Of a stretch of DNA of 64,000 nt, positions 37,791-51,432 are shown piece by piece. Origin of the DNA: Vicugna vicugna (lineage: Eukaryota); NCBI GenBank assembly GCA_013265495.1, contig MU058781.1, forward strand, positions 4,589,050 through 4,653,049, given 5' to 3'. A program made the translations under genes and the position numbers. The notes under the pieces were generated by a model that saw nothing but the letters and a program-made list of their open reading frames with translations, ran no database searches and was not told the DNA's origin. The number at the start of each line of letters is the position of its first letter. Position 1 is the first letter of the stretch.

Positions 37791-38501
37791 CTACTTGTTC
37801 CCTTTGTCAGCTGCTCCTACAGGCCGTGCAAAGTCTGCTTAGGAGAGAGATATTGCGTCCCTCTCAGAAAAAAAAAAAAAATACTGGTGGGAGAAATGTT
37901 TAAGGTTGCCAAGAGCTAAGAGAAGGGGAGAACAGAGTTAGGGGTTGGGGAGGGAAGGCGGGGTGACTGGTATTCCAAAGCAATTTAGGAAAAGCAATGG
38001 AGCCTGCGACTGGATTTTAAAAGCCTCTCCTGAACTTTTTGGAAAACTCTGGCAGTATATCCCAGGCCCCCTAGGCATGATGAAGGGAAAAATAACACCC
38101 AGGCTGGCTAAAATACATAACAGGGTAACCAGAGAGCAGCCGTATATGTAGATTATGTATATACTGTATCGTAATATATTACATATATTAAATTAAATTT
38201 AAAATATTGCTCAGCAATATTGCTCAGGCAGAACAGAGCTGATTTAGTTACTCCTCAGGAGGGAGTAACTCCAAAGCTATCCTCCTCATCCAACTTTTCA
38301 GACAAGCAATTTGCTTCTCAATTAGAGAGCTGCCTGGCTGGTACTGGCCAAGCCACCTTCAGCTTCTGGCTTGCAAAGTGCCCTAGCGTTCTCATCCTGT
38401 ACTCCCAAAGCTGTAAAGGGGCCCCGCCCAGTTTTGAGGGCCGCCGCACCCCCATCCCCTCAGCTCTTCCCCAAGCCAACTCCTGATCCATCTAAGATCT
38501 A

Positions 38502-38563
38502 TAAAATTTGGAAAATTTGAACTTTCTTCCCCTAAAATTTGGAAAATTTGAACTTTCTTCCCC
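38502..38563 (+). repeat. Perfect 31-bp tandem duplication
   Basis: taaaatttggaaaatttgaactttcttcccc occurs twice in tandem. Confidence 0.95.
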
Positions 38564-39429
38564 TTGGGAAAGTTCCCATTATCATCTGAGAGTAGTAGTT
38601 GTTTCACTTAAAAATAAAGATAGGGCAGTAGAGATTGGAGCAGAAGAATCTGTCCCAATGCCACTTCTGCCTCAAGTAAGCGATCAGAAGCCAGAGCCAC
38701 AGGCCACAAAGCCAGCTGGGCCTCCAAGTCTTGCAATGATTCTGCCATTAAGAGGAGTAACGGATGTCTGAATGTCGGACTCAGAAGGGCAGCCACGACA
38801 GGTCATTCAGTTAAAGGAAAAAGCAGCACAAGTCAGGAGAGCATGAATCCCATTTTTGGTGACTATATGTCAACTGTATTTTTTTAATCTTGCAACAAAT
38901 TCTGAGAACCAAAACCATGTACCCCTACACACAGCTTTGGACAGTGAGGACTAAAATTATCCCCACACACACACACCAACCAACCCCCATTTAACATTCT
39001 CCATTAACATGACCTTGCTATTCCACTGTCTCTATTAGCATAATGTCAGTATTCCTGCATACTGTGAAAAACCCTGAAAAACCCATTAACTCTTCAATGG
39101 AAAACAGACAGTATGAGCCCTAAAATTTTGGACCCCTCACCTTGAAACCCTCACCTTGCTCTTCCCACAAGTCCTGGACTGGGGGACCATGATGCTTGCC
39201 CCATCTTAACCAAGCCTCTGCACTGAAAGACATGCCTTAAACTAAATTTCCAATTCGCAGTTTATTTCAACCTTGCCATTCCCTCTGGAGACACTGTCAA
39301 AGCTCTAAACCGTGTTTCCCTCACCATGGGAATCACAGGATTGTTGGTGACATTTGGGAAGCCTGCCTTCAACTGAAGACGTCCAGAATTCAGCACTGAG
39401 AAGAAGGAGTTGGAGTTTTTGTTGTCCCT

Positions 39430-39880
39430 CTCCCAGCTCCCAACTTTTCTTAGCCGCCTAAAAGCGCAGCCTCCCAGAAGAGTTCAACTGTCTTAAATCC
39501 CCTCCCTGGTAGTTTCAAAACCAGTGAAAACTGACTCCTATCACTGGAGACAAGAGGCCCAGCAATGGGATAAGAAATTACCTAAACAAACATTATCACA
39601 AAACCATCCTATCTCCCATCTATTCTCTTAGGCCCATTTCTTCCTCCTAAAAGTCATTTGTTTTCTTATACATGCCTTTCTCTCCCTCCCCTTCTCCTAT
39701 TAAGATGGTATGTAAGCCCCAAACTGTAACTGCCATTTTGAGTTACATTTTTCTGTAAACACCCATTTATTTGAATAAAAATCTGTCTTTTCTCTCGTTA
39801 GTCTGCCTTTTGTCAGTTTAATCTGCAGACCTCCAAGACCTGAACCTAAGAAGATACAGGAAATGTTTTTCCTCTCTGAC
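39430..39880 (+). mobile_element. ERV1-class LTR related to the 36.3-kb LTR
   Basis: Shares 'cctcccagaagagttcaactgtcttaaatcccctccct', 'aaaagtcatttgtttt' and 'taagatggtatgtaagcccc' with it, and ends 'ttttcctctctgaca'. Confidence 0.65.
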
Positions 39881-40164
39881 ATGACTAATCAGAGAAAGGA
39901 CATATGGAGAAAAAGCCACTATCCACGATCAAAGTTAATAAGATACTAGTACGTATTGACGCACTTAAGTCAAAGTTACTGAACTTCTACTGTAAAACAG
40001 TAAACACTTGGCATTCAGAAGGGATATATATTCCCAGATCTCCATGACCCAGATATCATTTCTCCCATGAAATTTCTACTGTCTGCTTAAGAACCACATT
40101 CCTTAGACCTCTTCACCCCATTTGTAGCACTAGCAATTGCATTTCTTTCCAAGGGGGCTTTTTT

Positions 40165-41200
40165 TTTTTTTAATTAACAGACTTTATTTTTTAGAACAGT
40201 TTAGATTTATAGAAAAATTGAGCAAATGGTTCAAAGAATTCCATATGTCCCCCACCCTCACCCCACACACAGCTTCCCCTATTATTAACATCTTGCATTA
40301 GTATGGTACATTTGTTATACTTAATGAAGCAAGAGTGATATATTAATATTAGCTAAAGCCCATACTTTATTCAGATTTCCTTAGTTTTTATCAAATGTCC
40401 TTTTTCTGTTCCAGGATTCCATCCAAGAAACCACATGACATTTAGTTGTCATGTCTTCTCAGGTTTCTCTTGTCTGTGATAACCTTGATGGTTGTGAAGA
40501 GTACCAGTTGGGATTTTGTAAGACATTCTTTTGCTGGAATTTGTTGGCCGTTTTCCTTAAGATTAGACTAGAGCTGTGAGTTCTGCAGAAGATCACAGAG
40601 GTGAAGTGCCATCTTCACTGCATCACGCCGTGGCACATATGATCATCATGACTTACTGACCTTGAGCAACTGGCTGAGTTGGTGTTCGTCAGCTTTCTCC
40701 ACTTAAAGTTGCTTTTTTCTTTCCCTTTTCCATCCTGTACTCTTTGGACAGGGGTCACTATGTCCAGCCCACACTTAACAAGTGAGGAGTTAAGATCCTC
40801 TTCCTTGAAGGCACAGTTTACATGAATTATTTGGAATTTTTCTGCACAGGAGATTTGTTTCTTCTCCCCCACATACTGATTGATCAAAGCATGTGTTTAT
40901 ATCTGTATGGACTCATGGATTTATTTTATACTTTAGGTTATAACACAATACTACTTTATGTATTTTGTGGCTCAAATTGTTTCAGCTGTGGCCATTGGGA
41001 GATCTTTCAACCGGCTCCCTTATTCCTTTAACACACTCTCATTATTGCAGTGGGTTTTGGTGTTTTCTTGTGTTTTGTTTTCTTTTGTTTAGCACTTCCT
41101 TACTTACTGGCACTACAAGATGCTCATGGTTCACCTTGTATATTCTCTGTTCCAGCCCTAGAATCAGCCATTTCTCCAAAGAGCTCCAGGGCCATTTTTG
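40165..41200 (-). mobile_element. L1MC-type 3' region
   Basis: 'actttattttttagaacagtttagatttatagaaaaattgagca' and 'tggcactacaagatgctc...gaatcagccatttctccaaagagc'. Confidence 0.8.
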
Positions 41201-41724
41201 ACAAAGAAATTGAATTTCTATCACAATTCGAAAGAGTTAAGAGTGCAGACAAGACCAGCAGAGAACAAAGCTGAACGGAGAGGCTGATGAAAGCTGGATG
41301 ATCCATCTGCAGGGCACCCTCCTTTGGGCTGCTTTTTGCTGCCCACACCCCCAGCCCCAGACTGACAAGTGTGAGTCAAGTTCATGTGTCAATTCCTATC
41401 TTACATTTTATCATTTTTTGATGAATGCATTCGTACAGAATTATTTTTTAAATTTATGCCACAGTAAAATTGCTATGGACCATGGTTCTTCTAGAATTGT
41501 TTGAGAACAGCTAAAGCCACAATTGTTAAATTCAGAGGTACAAAAACATCATGCCCTCCCAGCCATTCTAGCTGACAGGCATGTTCTGCGTCTCACTGAG
41601 GCAACACCCTTGGGCATGAGGGCAACACCATGCCTCTCCTACACCCAGCTGCTCAGGCTTCACCACAGACGTCACCCTGCTCTCACTGATCCCATCTCCA
41701 AGTTCAAAGCCTCTTCCCTATTGT

Positions 41725-42315
41725 TGGGTTTTCAACTGTTTTTTTAGCAGTCAAGTCCTTTTTTCATATAAAGTCATCATATAGAGAATTTTAACACATG
41801 AAAGTGACAAAAGTGGTCTTTTTTTCCTTTTATAAATTCAAAATAATGGTATTTACCTAATGTGAGGTCAGTAAGAACAATGATGTTTTGGTAAATGTAA
41901 CATTTTGAAATTGGGAGTCATGGAAAACAAAGGGAATCTTCCATGAACCTTATTATCCAGTTTATTTCAGTATTTTGTTTTAGTTAACAAATATCAAGAA
42001 GTCTTTGATTCACAAAGATTTGTTTAAAAACAGACCATTTGCAACTACTTCCCAGTTATCCTTACAGTCTCAAGATCCTACATAGAGGACGCAGAAAAAG
42101 CTGCATTATAAAGTCTACACAAAAATGTATTCATTTGATAATGAATGATAACATGTTAGTAATCACCAATTTTTTAATATTTGGCATTGTATGTGTATTG
42201 GTTTTCAGCATATATTTTTAATAGTTTAGATTATTTTTAAACAAAATGTTATAAAACATTCTTCCTTGGACACCTTATGAGCCTTTCTAGAACATTAAGT
42301 TTGTAAAACACTGCT
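41725..42315. mobile_element. Old hAT-Charlie-like DNA transposon remnant
   Basis: Termini 'gggttttcaactgttttttt' and 'agtttgtaaaacactg' around an AT-rich body. Confidence 0.4.
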
Positions 42316-42659
42316 AGAGTCTGGCCAGTTGTATTTTCCATAAGTCCCTTTCCCTCCAGACAAGGTACTTAGCTGTACTATTATTAATTCTCCTAATTTG
42401 GCATTATATAGCCCATTTCCTTAGGCTTAACTAGGTAAGTGAATTCTTGCTAAAGCGTTAATGACTAATATCCTACAATTGGCTTCTAATTACTTATGTT
42501 TTTTAGTAAAGACCTTTGAATTTTTAAAGAAAGACTCATGGAAGAATTTCAAATAGTAGGTCATGTAATGAGAGACATTTTCAAAAAGACAGGCTTTTCC
42601 CTATTTTGATGGTATAAAAAAACCAGTGTAATTATGTAATAATATGAATAATTAAGAAG

Positions 42660-42890
42660 TATAGGGCTTACTACAGAACAGGCACTACTCTAAATTATTA
42701 CTGTATAATTTGTATATACAATCTCATTTAATCAATATAACAAACCTATGTCGTGGGTATTATTGTCAGCTACATTTCACAGATAAGAAGACTGAGGTCC
42801 AGAGAAGTTAGGACCCTTTCCCAGGTTGCACAGCTTGTAGATGGGAAGGCTACGATTTAAACGAAAATCCATGCTCTTAAACAATACACC
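42660..42890 (+). mobile_element. MIR SINE
   Basis: 'tctcatttaatc...catttcacagataagaagactgaggtccagagaagttagg..ctttcccagg'. Confidence 0.7.
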
Positions 42891-45478
42891 TCCTCTGGAT
42901 ACCATAATGTCTGGGGTCAGTGGACCCAGAGGAAACTTTACAGAGTGCCTGTTCATGGCCAGGTTCTCTCTCTGATGATAGAGAAATGCACTACTGCGCT
43001 GCTCCATACGTAATCAAAGCCCTCTACCTTCCTTTTCAACCTTAAGCCTCCCATCTGCAGCTCCCCCATGTCAGCCGCAGTGGCCTGTGGGCCATTCCTC
43101 ATCACAGCTGTGTGCTCTCCAGCCTCCAAGTGTTTACTCCAGCTGCAACCAACAAGCCTTTCCCTCTCCTATTACTCTGGTGAAATTCTGCTTTAAATGT
43201 TCCTCCTGGTTCTAATAGCTGTAATGAGTCTACGAGCAGATTGGTGAATGCTTTCTGAAGGAGTGTATCCTAGAAGAGAGATGTGGCATAACCTAACCTA
43301 TGAGATGAAGGTGCCTCTTTCTTTACTATCAAGAAACAACCAACCACGGTACACCATGAAATCAATAAAATTCAGAAGGACACTCTATAAGGAAAGTATT
43401 GAAGTAACAAAGAGTGTTTTAATGACATCAGATGGAAAGGGGAAGGTCTGAACGGAGCCCAGAAGGAGAGCTGGCAAGGAAGAGATGGTTAGGGTTTACC
43501 CAGCCATGAACCTGGCCACAGTCACACCATCATTAGAGTGACACACGCCCGCATAGTGGGGAAAGTGCCAGACTTGCCCTTCACTTAGACTGAAATCACC
43601 CCCAATGCCGTCCAACTATTTCCCTTCTGATTCCCTGAACACTGACTGAGCAATGTTCTAATGACTGGTTTTGCTTTCCAGCTTCTGGTGTAATAAGATG
43701 GAGGAAATTTTCCTTCTTTAGCAGCTGGAATAAGACTTCCCCCTGGGGACAGTCCTATACTTATCAGGAAGAAATCCACTGATTAGCCACATGGGTTAAG
43801 GAACGAGATCCCAAGCAGTAATAATAGTGCTAATCTGCCTTCTAAAGAAGCTGGGTCTTAACACCTGAAGGTCCTTTATTTTGTAAGCACTTCAATGGGT
43901 TTGAGTTCATAAACTTGACTTAGTTTGGTTGCAAATGAATTTCTGCATGATTATAATGTGAAGAATTTGAAAATTACAGGAAAATAGGGGTTGGGGGAGA
44001 GGAGACCAGCCAAAGGGCTTGGGCCACGGGTGGATTAAAGGGACTCTGGAGAGAATAGAATATTTAATGGGAAGTTTAAGTTGTTTGCTGTTGAATATAC
44101 GATTTCAGTCTACTCCTCCATCTCCCCTACCAAGAGTTCAATAAAGTCTTTGCTGCTCTTTTGAAGAAGCCTGAAGAGGTTCTAAACTCTGCATCCAGTT
44201 TGGTGCAGACTGCACGTAGAGCCAGTGAATGAGAGCAGAGGGGAACTGTGCTTCCCCAGAAGGAGCGAGGCTGCGGCCAGGAGGCCCTTGGTCACGTCAT
44301 AAACGTAGCCCCATCATAAAGTAACACCTCAGTAATCTATGACATACACCATCCTGTTGGGAGTTAGGTTCAATTGCATCAGCCTCTCAGGATCATCATC
44401 GCTGAAACAGTTTTCCAAATTCATCCAGCTGGGGAAGAGGCAGAAAAACCCAACGGCCTTCCCATGCTCAGTGCAGTCTTACTCATTACCCCCGTAAAGA
44501 CTCCAGGGATCTAAAGGCTTGTCAATGGATGCCACACTCACACTCCTCAGTTGTGACCTTGGTATGCTGAACCACAAGGATGGTAGGAGACGGTAACTGA
44601 CCTCCATAACCCCCAGCACAAAAGTTTTAGTTTCCCCCAAGCACTACTGTTCTCATAAAACGTTCCCACCTCATTCAGAGGCGGTCACCTACTATAGCTT
44701 TCTAAGTGTACTAAGCTGATCGCTTCAACAACCACCCCCTCCCACCATTAGTATAACCAGCAGCAAAAGGATAGTAATCGTTCCCAAAAGTGAACCATCT
44801 GTCCCCAGAAGTCACTTCAGAATCCGGAGTCTGCTCTCTTGTTTTGCACGTAGACAAGGACATCAAAGCACAGAGGCAGAGAGAGAGATGAGAGCGGGAA
44901 TCCCCCCACCTGCACACACTCACATCCTGTCCCGTCTAAATTACTAATTACTTTCAGAGAGTAAATATAATGGCACAGCAGAGGGAGAAAAGGCCAAGAC
45001 GGCAGACGCTGGATACCTCAGAAGATTTAAGCATCTGGCTTTGTGTGTCCCTTTGGTGAAGGAAGACCACACCAGCCCAGGCCAGCAGAAACAGCAGCTG
45101 TGAAGAGAGAAGCCGACTTCAAGGAAATACAACAGGAAAGAAAAAAAGGGAAACATAAATCAAAAAATCCCCAGGAAGGATCAGATAGTGGCTTTCTGAG
45201 CATGCTCACAATCCCCTGACCAAATGTCTGCAAACTAGTCCTAAAGACAAGTCATGATAATGTAAACCAGGTGTTTTAACTTCCTACCATAATGGCTGGC
45301 AAGACTATCAATGTGCAGTAATAATAACAACAACATCTGAAGTGCATCTGGGTTTAAACACATAGCAGGCATATTTTTCCTTCTCCAAGTAGGTGTCTGT
45401 TCTGCATTTATATCGTGAGAGTGTCGAGGAGACCAGGGACCAAGTTCCTTCTTAGAAACAGCTCTCCCAGCCTCGAGA

Positions 45479-45681
45479 GTAACCCCAGGCAAACATAAAA
45501 ACTAGAAATTTAGGAAGCACCAAAAATAATCTTTTTTGGTTTTAAAGAAAACACAGAAGACAGGAGATGTTGCTCCAGGGAGGCAACTGGAAGTCTTAAA
45601 TTGTGGGAGATATAGATGCTGAGAGGTAACCCCAGGCAAACATAAAAACTAGAAATTTAGGAAGCACCAAAAATAATCTTT
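45479..45681 (+). repeat. Perfect 56-bp direct repeat (45479-45534 and 45626-45681)
   Basis: Both copies read gtaaccccaggcaaacataaaaactagaaatttaggaagcaccaaaaataatcttt. Confidence 0.95.
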
Positions 45682-48224
45682 CCCAGATACACCCTCTCGA
45701 GCTGCTCTCTTCCATTAAAAAAAAAAAAAAAGAACCCCTAAAAATGTCCTCAAGAACCCAGGCAACATTTCTCAGAAGTTAAGACCTCAGAATTAAATAA
45801 AAACCCATTCTCTTTTTGGAGCAGTGTCTCCAGTTAGCCTGTTTGAGGTTGCAAACTGACATTCTTCAAAAAAAAAAAGAAGAAGAAGTAGTAAGGAGAT
45901 GTCATAAGAATTCAACAGGGAATCACAGCCACTCACATAATTCAACTAAGGTACAATCAGGCCTCAGAGGGACCCACACTGGGAACTGGAGAACAGAGTC
46001 ATGCTTTTTGTCCTCAGGTGGTCGCTGTCTCTTTCTATTTCTCTCTTTGCATTTCTACTCCCATCTCTTCTCTCCAAACAGGTTTCCTCTGTTTGCGCAT
46101 CTTAATCCTAATCCAGAATGCCATCCCCGGCCTGCGTCTCCAGAACCTCTCAGTTCTAGGGCCCATAGCCACGCGGAACATCTCAGCACAAACTTCCAGG
46201 AAATGACCTGACTATGGCTTAGGTCATTTGTTTGAACCAAGCCATGCAAGTCACAGGTAGCAGGCCAGGTCTTCCAGCCAGGTGCCCCCCAGATGGAATG
46301 AGCGTGGCCTTTTCCACTCAAGTGGTCCTCGGTAGGGAAGGCTTCCTGAGAAGCAGGCACAAGAGGGAAAAGATCACAGTGAGCAAGCCCCTTGGGTTGT
46401 ATTTACTTTACCACTTCCCTGTTTATATAATCTGCATGATACTATCTTGTCACTAGTTACAAGCCCCATTATAGGACCACAGGACATAGGGTTGGGTTGG
46501 GTTTTTGAAGGAGACCCTTTGTAATTCCAAGGCCTAGGACACCAAATTGAGACCCACAGTCCCAAGCTTGCCTGGCAAAAAGCAGGAACACTTTCTGCAG
46601 GAGCAGGAACCCCCGCCCACCCCCACCATCTCCTGAGTGTGCCCACAAAGCTGAAACACTTCTGGGTAAGAGGCCCAACTGCTCTAGGGAACTGAAAAGA
46701 CCCAGGATGTCTGAGTCAGCCCAGATACAGAGAGGCACAGGGAAGCAGTTCTCGACAGAGTGCTACTGGCATGTGGAGCAGAACCAGGTGGGGCCAAACC
46801 AGGCAGTGCTGGCAGCACCGGCTGCAGCCTAGGAAGTGCCTATGGTGCCCCAGACATTGTGACAACAACAACAAATCAGAACCATCCCCCACGTGTTTCT
46901 AAATGCCCCGAAAGGAGCCTGGAACAAGATGCCACAGGGTGACCTTCTAATGTGAGAACAGTTGTGCTCTGGGAGAAAGAAAAGGAACAGATTTACACCC
47001 ATCAAGCAAATTCAGGTTTGGCCTGGGCAGAAACCTTTTAAGTCAGTTGCAAAAAACACTATAGCAAATTGCCAAAGAATGGCTATAGACTTTTTGGAGT
47101 TATGAGGGTCTGTGTGTCTGTGTACGTCTTTAATACACAGCCATCTCCCTAAAATAGTTTAAGTACAACCACACTCGGACGTAAGAGAACAGATGAATCT
47201 CCAGGTAGGAGTCTACCTGGAGAACGGGAAATGGAGAGTCTCAGGGACTCGAATTCACGTCCCACATTCTAGTAAAAGACACGTAATAATATCACCACTG
47301 ACAGACACAATTACACATTCTAATGAGGCGCCGTCGCATGTTAATAGTAGTTACGGTCATTGTAAAATAATTAACAGGAACGCACAGGCAATACATCATT
47401 ACACTATGCAAATTCGCCGCTGTCCTGGAAGCAGGCACAGAGTGATGCTGAAGACTTGCTCAGACGAATCTCGTGTTCAGAGCCAGCTTTGCCCACAGCT
47501 TTCCTCAGCCCCCTCTTGATTTCCCTCCACACAGGCCAAACCACAATTCCCCTTGGTAAGAATAACCAGTAGCTTCTAAATTTCCCCCAGAAATACGGTC
47601 AGTTGGATTTTGCACAGCTACGAGGAGGAAATTAATATAGGAGCCAAAGAGGTCTTATTCTGCCTTCTCACCCACTCCATCCAGACCTGACACTTTAATC
47701 AACTCAACGTGTTTAAAAATAAATTTGATTATATCAGGAAAGAGATGCTGCCCTGGGCTCCGTGGCCACTCAGAGCAGAAACTCCAAGGCACTGCCTCAT
47801 TTTTCAAGAGTTTGGTTGTTGTGTGTATTATTTCTTCTTATTCCCAGTCCCAAAACACGGAGAACACCTGGGGCAAATATTTAACTTTTCTGAGAATTCT
47901 GCAAGGCAGTAAAATGGGCCAAATAACCTTCCTTGCCTACTTCATGAAGTTGTGATAAGGAGATCAAAAGAGCTTATGTATGAGGCAGAAAGCGTGCTGC
48001 TCACTGCAAATTTGAAACACAATGATGACAGCTGCTGGTGACACAGCAACACTGAGCCCACAGTTTTACTGAGGACACCCCAAAGGTAAGGCTGCTTCCT
48101 AGGTCTGAGGAAGTTAAGGATCTTTGGGGCAATACGGTAATTCTGACCTACATCCTCCCATATTCATCAAGCACTCACTGCATGCACTCAGCCAGGGCTG
48201 GGGGAACACAGCAATGCCTGGAGG

Positions 48225-48750
48225 TAAATAGAGGGATGCCAGAATACGCCACCCCAAAATAAGCCCAAATATGCCTCTTTGGTATATGGATTATTTTGAG
48301 CTAAATGCCTTTGAGAACCAGCAAGTTCAGGAAAAGCTCTAAAAACAGGGCAAAGTTTTCCTTTTGTAAAGGAAATTTACATTTATAAAGAAAGTTTCGT
48401 TTTTTATAAAGATGTCTCCTTCTCCCATACCAAGAGGACTCCTCACAATTCTTATAATGGAGAAGGAACCAACTCACCTCCACACAACAAAACTTACTAA
48501 ACAACCTTGCTTACTTTACTCTTCCTTTCCCATAACTTGCCTCTCCCACCCAGAAGCCCAGAACCACTTTTTCTTTGTTTTAGTCTGAGATGGTGCAGAA
48601 GCTCAAGTTCTAACCACCGCCTTGGGTTACCCATCACTGGATGTGCCTATGTGTACATGCCCACTGCACATGTTAATACACTTTGGTTTGTTTTTCTCTT
48701 GTTGATCTGTCTCTGACCAGCCTCATTTAGAGACTCCCAGAAGGAGAATC
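48225..48750 (+). mobile_element. ERV1-class LTR (same group as the 36.3- and 61.6-kb LTRs)
   Basis: 'gccaccccaaaata...ggattattttgagctaaatgc', 'aacaaaacttactaaacaacc' and 'ttttctcttgttgatctgtctctg'. Confidence 0.65.
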
Positions 48751-49224
48751 TCTAGAAACTTCTAACTTGAAGCACTTTGCCTGATGCAGTTTTGGGTGTT
48801 TAGTCTCACCATCCAGGGAATCCCAGAAAATCACAACACTTGCCACTGCTCGGATATTAGCTGCTCTGAGTCATTCATACAGATGCACAGATTGTCTGAG
48901 CTAGAAAAGGAATTCGGATTTCTCATTTTAGAGATAATAAAACTGAGGCCCAGATTAGTGAACAACCTCATTTCTCAAATAAGAAAGCTTTCCCCTGAAA
49001 GTTGCCTCCCTTATAAATCCTCAAAACAGTAGGTGATATTTGAATGCCGAATGATACCGCAAGACAGATGAGCATTGATTTAAATGCTGCTGTCTGACAG
49101 ATCTGGCCATCAGTCATAATCTGACATCTCTGGAGAGTCATCCTTTAGAAAAGGACTTGGGAATAACATGACCAGAATTTACAGCTGAACCAACTCTGCC
49201 TCCGAGCTGTCCTTTCCCCTGCTG

Positions 49225-49392
49225 CTAAGGTATTGGGTCTGAATCAGAATCACCTGGAGGGTTTACTGGGCCCACCCCAGAGCTTCTAACTAAATAGGTC
49301 CTGGGTGGGGAGCGAGAACTTGTATTTCTAACCAGTTCATGCTAATACTGACATTGGGGAACTGGTGCCAAACTTTGAGAGCTCTGGGCTAA
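49225..49392. mobile_element. MER5A fragment
   Basis: 'tcagaatcacctggaggg...tgggcccaccccagagcttct...tgtatttctaacc...aactttgaga'. Confidence 0.7.
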
Positions 49393-49471
49393 GACAAAGA
49401 AGGCCCCTACACATTTAATTTATAGAGATTTTAAGAAAACTGGTCATTTCATTCGTAAGTTGTTTATATAG

Positions 49472-49853
49472 TGTTATGGGCTGAAATGGGCCCCCCACCT
49501 AAACAATTACGTATGTTGAAGCCCTAACCCCTCAGCACCTCAGAATGGGGTTCTACTTGGAGATAGAGCCTTTACAGGGGAAATTAAATTAAAACAAGGC
49601 CACCAGGTGGGCCCTAATCTGATAGGACTGGTGTCATTACAAGAAGAGATTAGGACACTGACACAAGACTGTGTGAGGACCCAGCAAGAAGGCAGCATCT
49701 ACAAGCCAAGGAGAGAAACTTAGGAAGAAACCAACCCTGCCAAGATCTTGATCTTAAGATTTCTAGCATCCAGAACTGTGGGGGAATACATTTCTGTGTT
49801 TAAACCACTCAATCTGCGCTATTTGGTTATGGCAGCCCTAGCAAACTGATACA
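49472..49853 (+). mobile_element. MaLR solo LTR (MLT1A/B-like)
   Basis: 'tgttatgggctgaa...gtatgttgaagccctaaccc...gttatggcagccctagcaaactgataca'. Confidence 0.9.
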
Positions 49854-50401
49854 CATGAGAGGCAGGATGGCATGAAGGAATATATCATACTAGGAACCAA
49901 GAGGTGTGGGTTCTCATGTCAGCCCTGCCTTTAGGTAGATGGACTTCTTCCTCCAGACTCCCCACCGCAGCTTGTCAACACTGTGTCAGATGCGAGTAGT
50001 GACCTATGCCTTTTCTCCCACATGGGGTTTTTGTGAAGATAAAAAAAAAAAAGGGGGAACTTGTAAGAAAGCGTTTTCTATATTGCAGGTTTCTCTGCTC
50101 TGGCTCTGAACAATTAAAAACTCGGAAAAATAATTATCTGAGGACACTGGAAAGCTGTTAAACTCTCCAGCAGTGCCAGGATGCAAAAATAAAGGGAAGC
50201 TCATAGAGGGGAACCAACACTTTGCTGGCTGGTTTTTAAGTAGTTTTGAGCTAGAGACTGAGAATCAAGACAGCGCTTTTGGCAAACTCTAAGGACTAGG
50301 GAAACAAACAATGGAATTGGGGCCCAAATGCCAGAGAGAAGAGAGATGCAGAGGAATGAGCCCAAGGCTCTTCTCTGGTTTTGCCCTCCAGTCATTTGAT
50401 A

Positions 50402-50500
50402 GTTTTGTTGTTGTTGTTGTTTTCCTAATGGAGGCCCTGGGGATGAAACCGAGGACCTCCTGCAGGTGTGCCCTACCTCTGAGCTATTACCTTCCCACTG
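50402..50500 (-). mobile_element. Camelid SINE, internally deleted
   Basis: 'taatggaggccctggggatgaaaccgaggacctc...gccctacctctgagctat' is the reverse complement of the SINE head. Confidence 0.7.
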
Positions 50501-50655
50501 CCTTTTTTTTTTTTTTTTTGATAATTCTTAAACTATGAAGGCAAGAAGCTCAGAGACCCAGCTAAAAGCAGCTGGAAAAGCTCAGTGGAACTTTCAAGTC
50601 TCAAGGTGCTGAGAACACAAAAATTAAAGTGTGGGATCCACCAAGAGGAGGGCAG

Positions 50656-51432
50656 TGACGAAACCCGGGCTATCGGCGGGACCGTGGGTGCTCGGAGGAC
50701 CCAGAGGTGGAACAAACTTTGCAAAGAATGCAGCCCAGCCCGAAATTTGTCTGACGCTGACTGACTGAGGTAACGTGACTCACCTGTGGCTGCCTTCCAG
50801 CAGAACGGGCTAAGCCTGAGGAAGAAGGGAGCATCGTTCTGAAGCTCTACAACGTTCTATCCCTTACGTCCCGCAATTAGAGATGACCAGGTGAAATGTG
50901 GGTAAATTTTAGTCACAGCCATTTCACCTGCCTTAGCTCATTAAAGTCGTTTCAAGGCTTGCAGGTCCTCCTAAACAATAAGGTATCTATCACCTGAGGT
51001 GTTTTCCAGAAGACAGCTGTGTCCTCCGGGGAGTGGAGCTGGTTAAGACTGGTTAGGACCGCCGACCCTCCAACTGGGCATGCGCGAGCGTCCGGAGACT
51101 CCGCCCTCAGCGCAGGCTAAGCGCCCCCGCGTTTGAACGTTGGAAGGCCTGTAGCTTATTACGCATGCGCAGAATGAGGATCACGCACCATTTTCCAATT
51201 GCCTTTCCCCGAGCTTTTCACTTTCAGGTCCCACACTTCCGACCATCCAGCTTCTTTTATTCTTTACGCCACAAATACTCTGAGCCCCTCGCCTTTCCGG
51301 AGCTGTGTCTGAGACTTGTTTTCCCGTCTCCTCCCTTGGCTGCCGTGTGACTAAGCCCTCTCTTGGCTGCAAACCTCCGCGTCTCAGCATTTTGGCTGGC
51401 TGCGCATCGGGGAAACAAACCTGGTTCGGCAA
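50656..51432 (+). mobile_element. ERV1-class solo LTR, CpG-rich
   Basis: 3' end 'ctgcaaacctccgcgtctcagcatttt...tgcgcatcggggaaacaaacctggttcggcaaca' is typical of an ERV1 LTR U5. The 5' boundary is uncertain. Confidence 0.6.

Noticed and set aside
45479..45681. Direct repeat with spacer as a CRISPR-like array
   Set aside because: There are only two copies, in mammalian DNA, with no cas genes.
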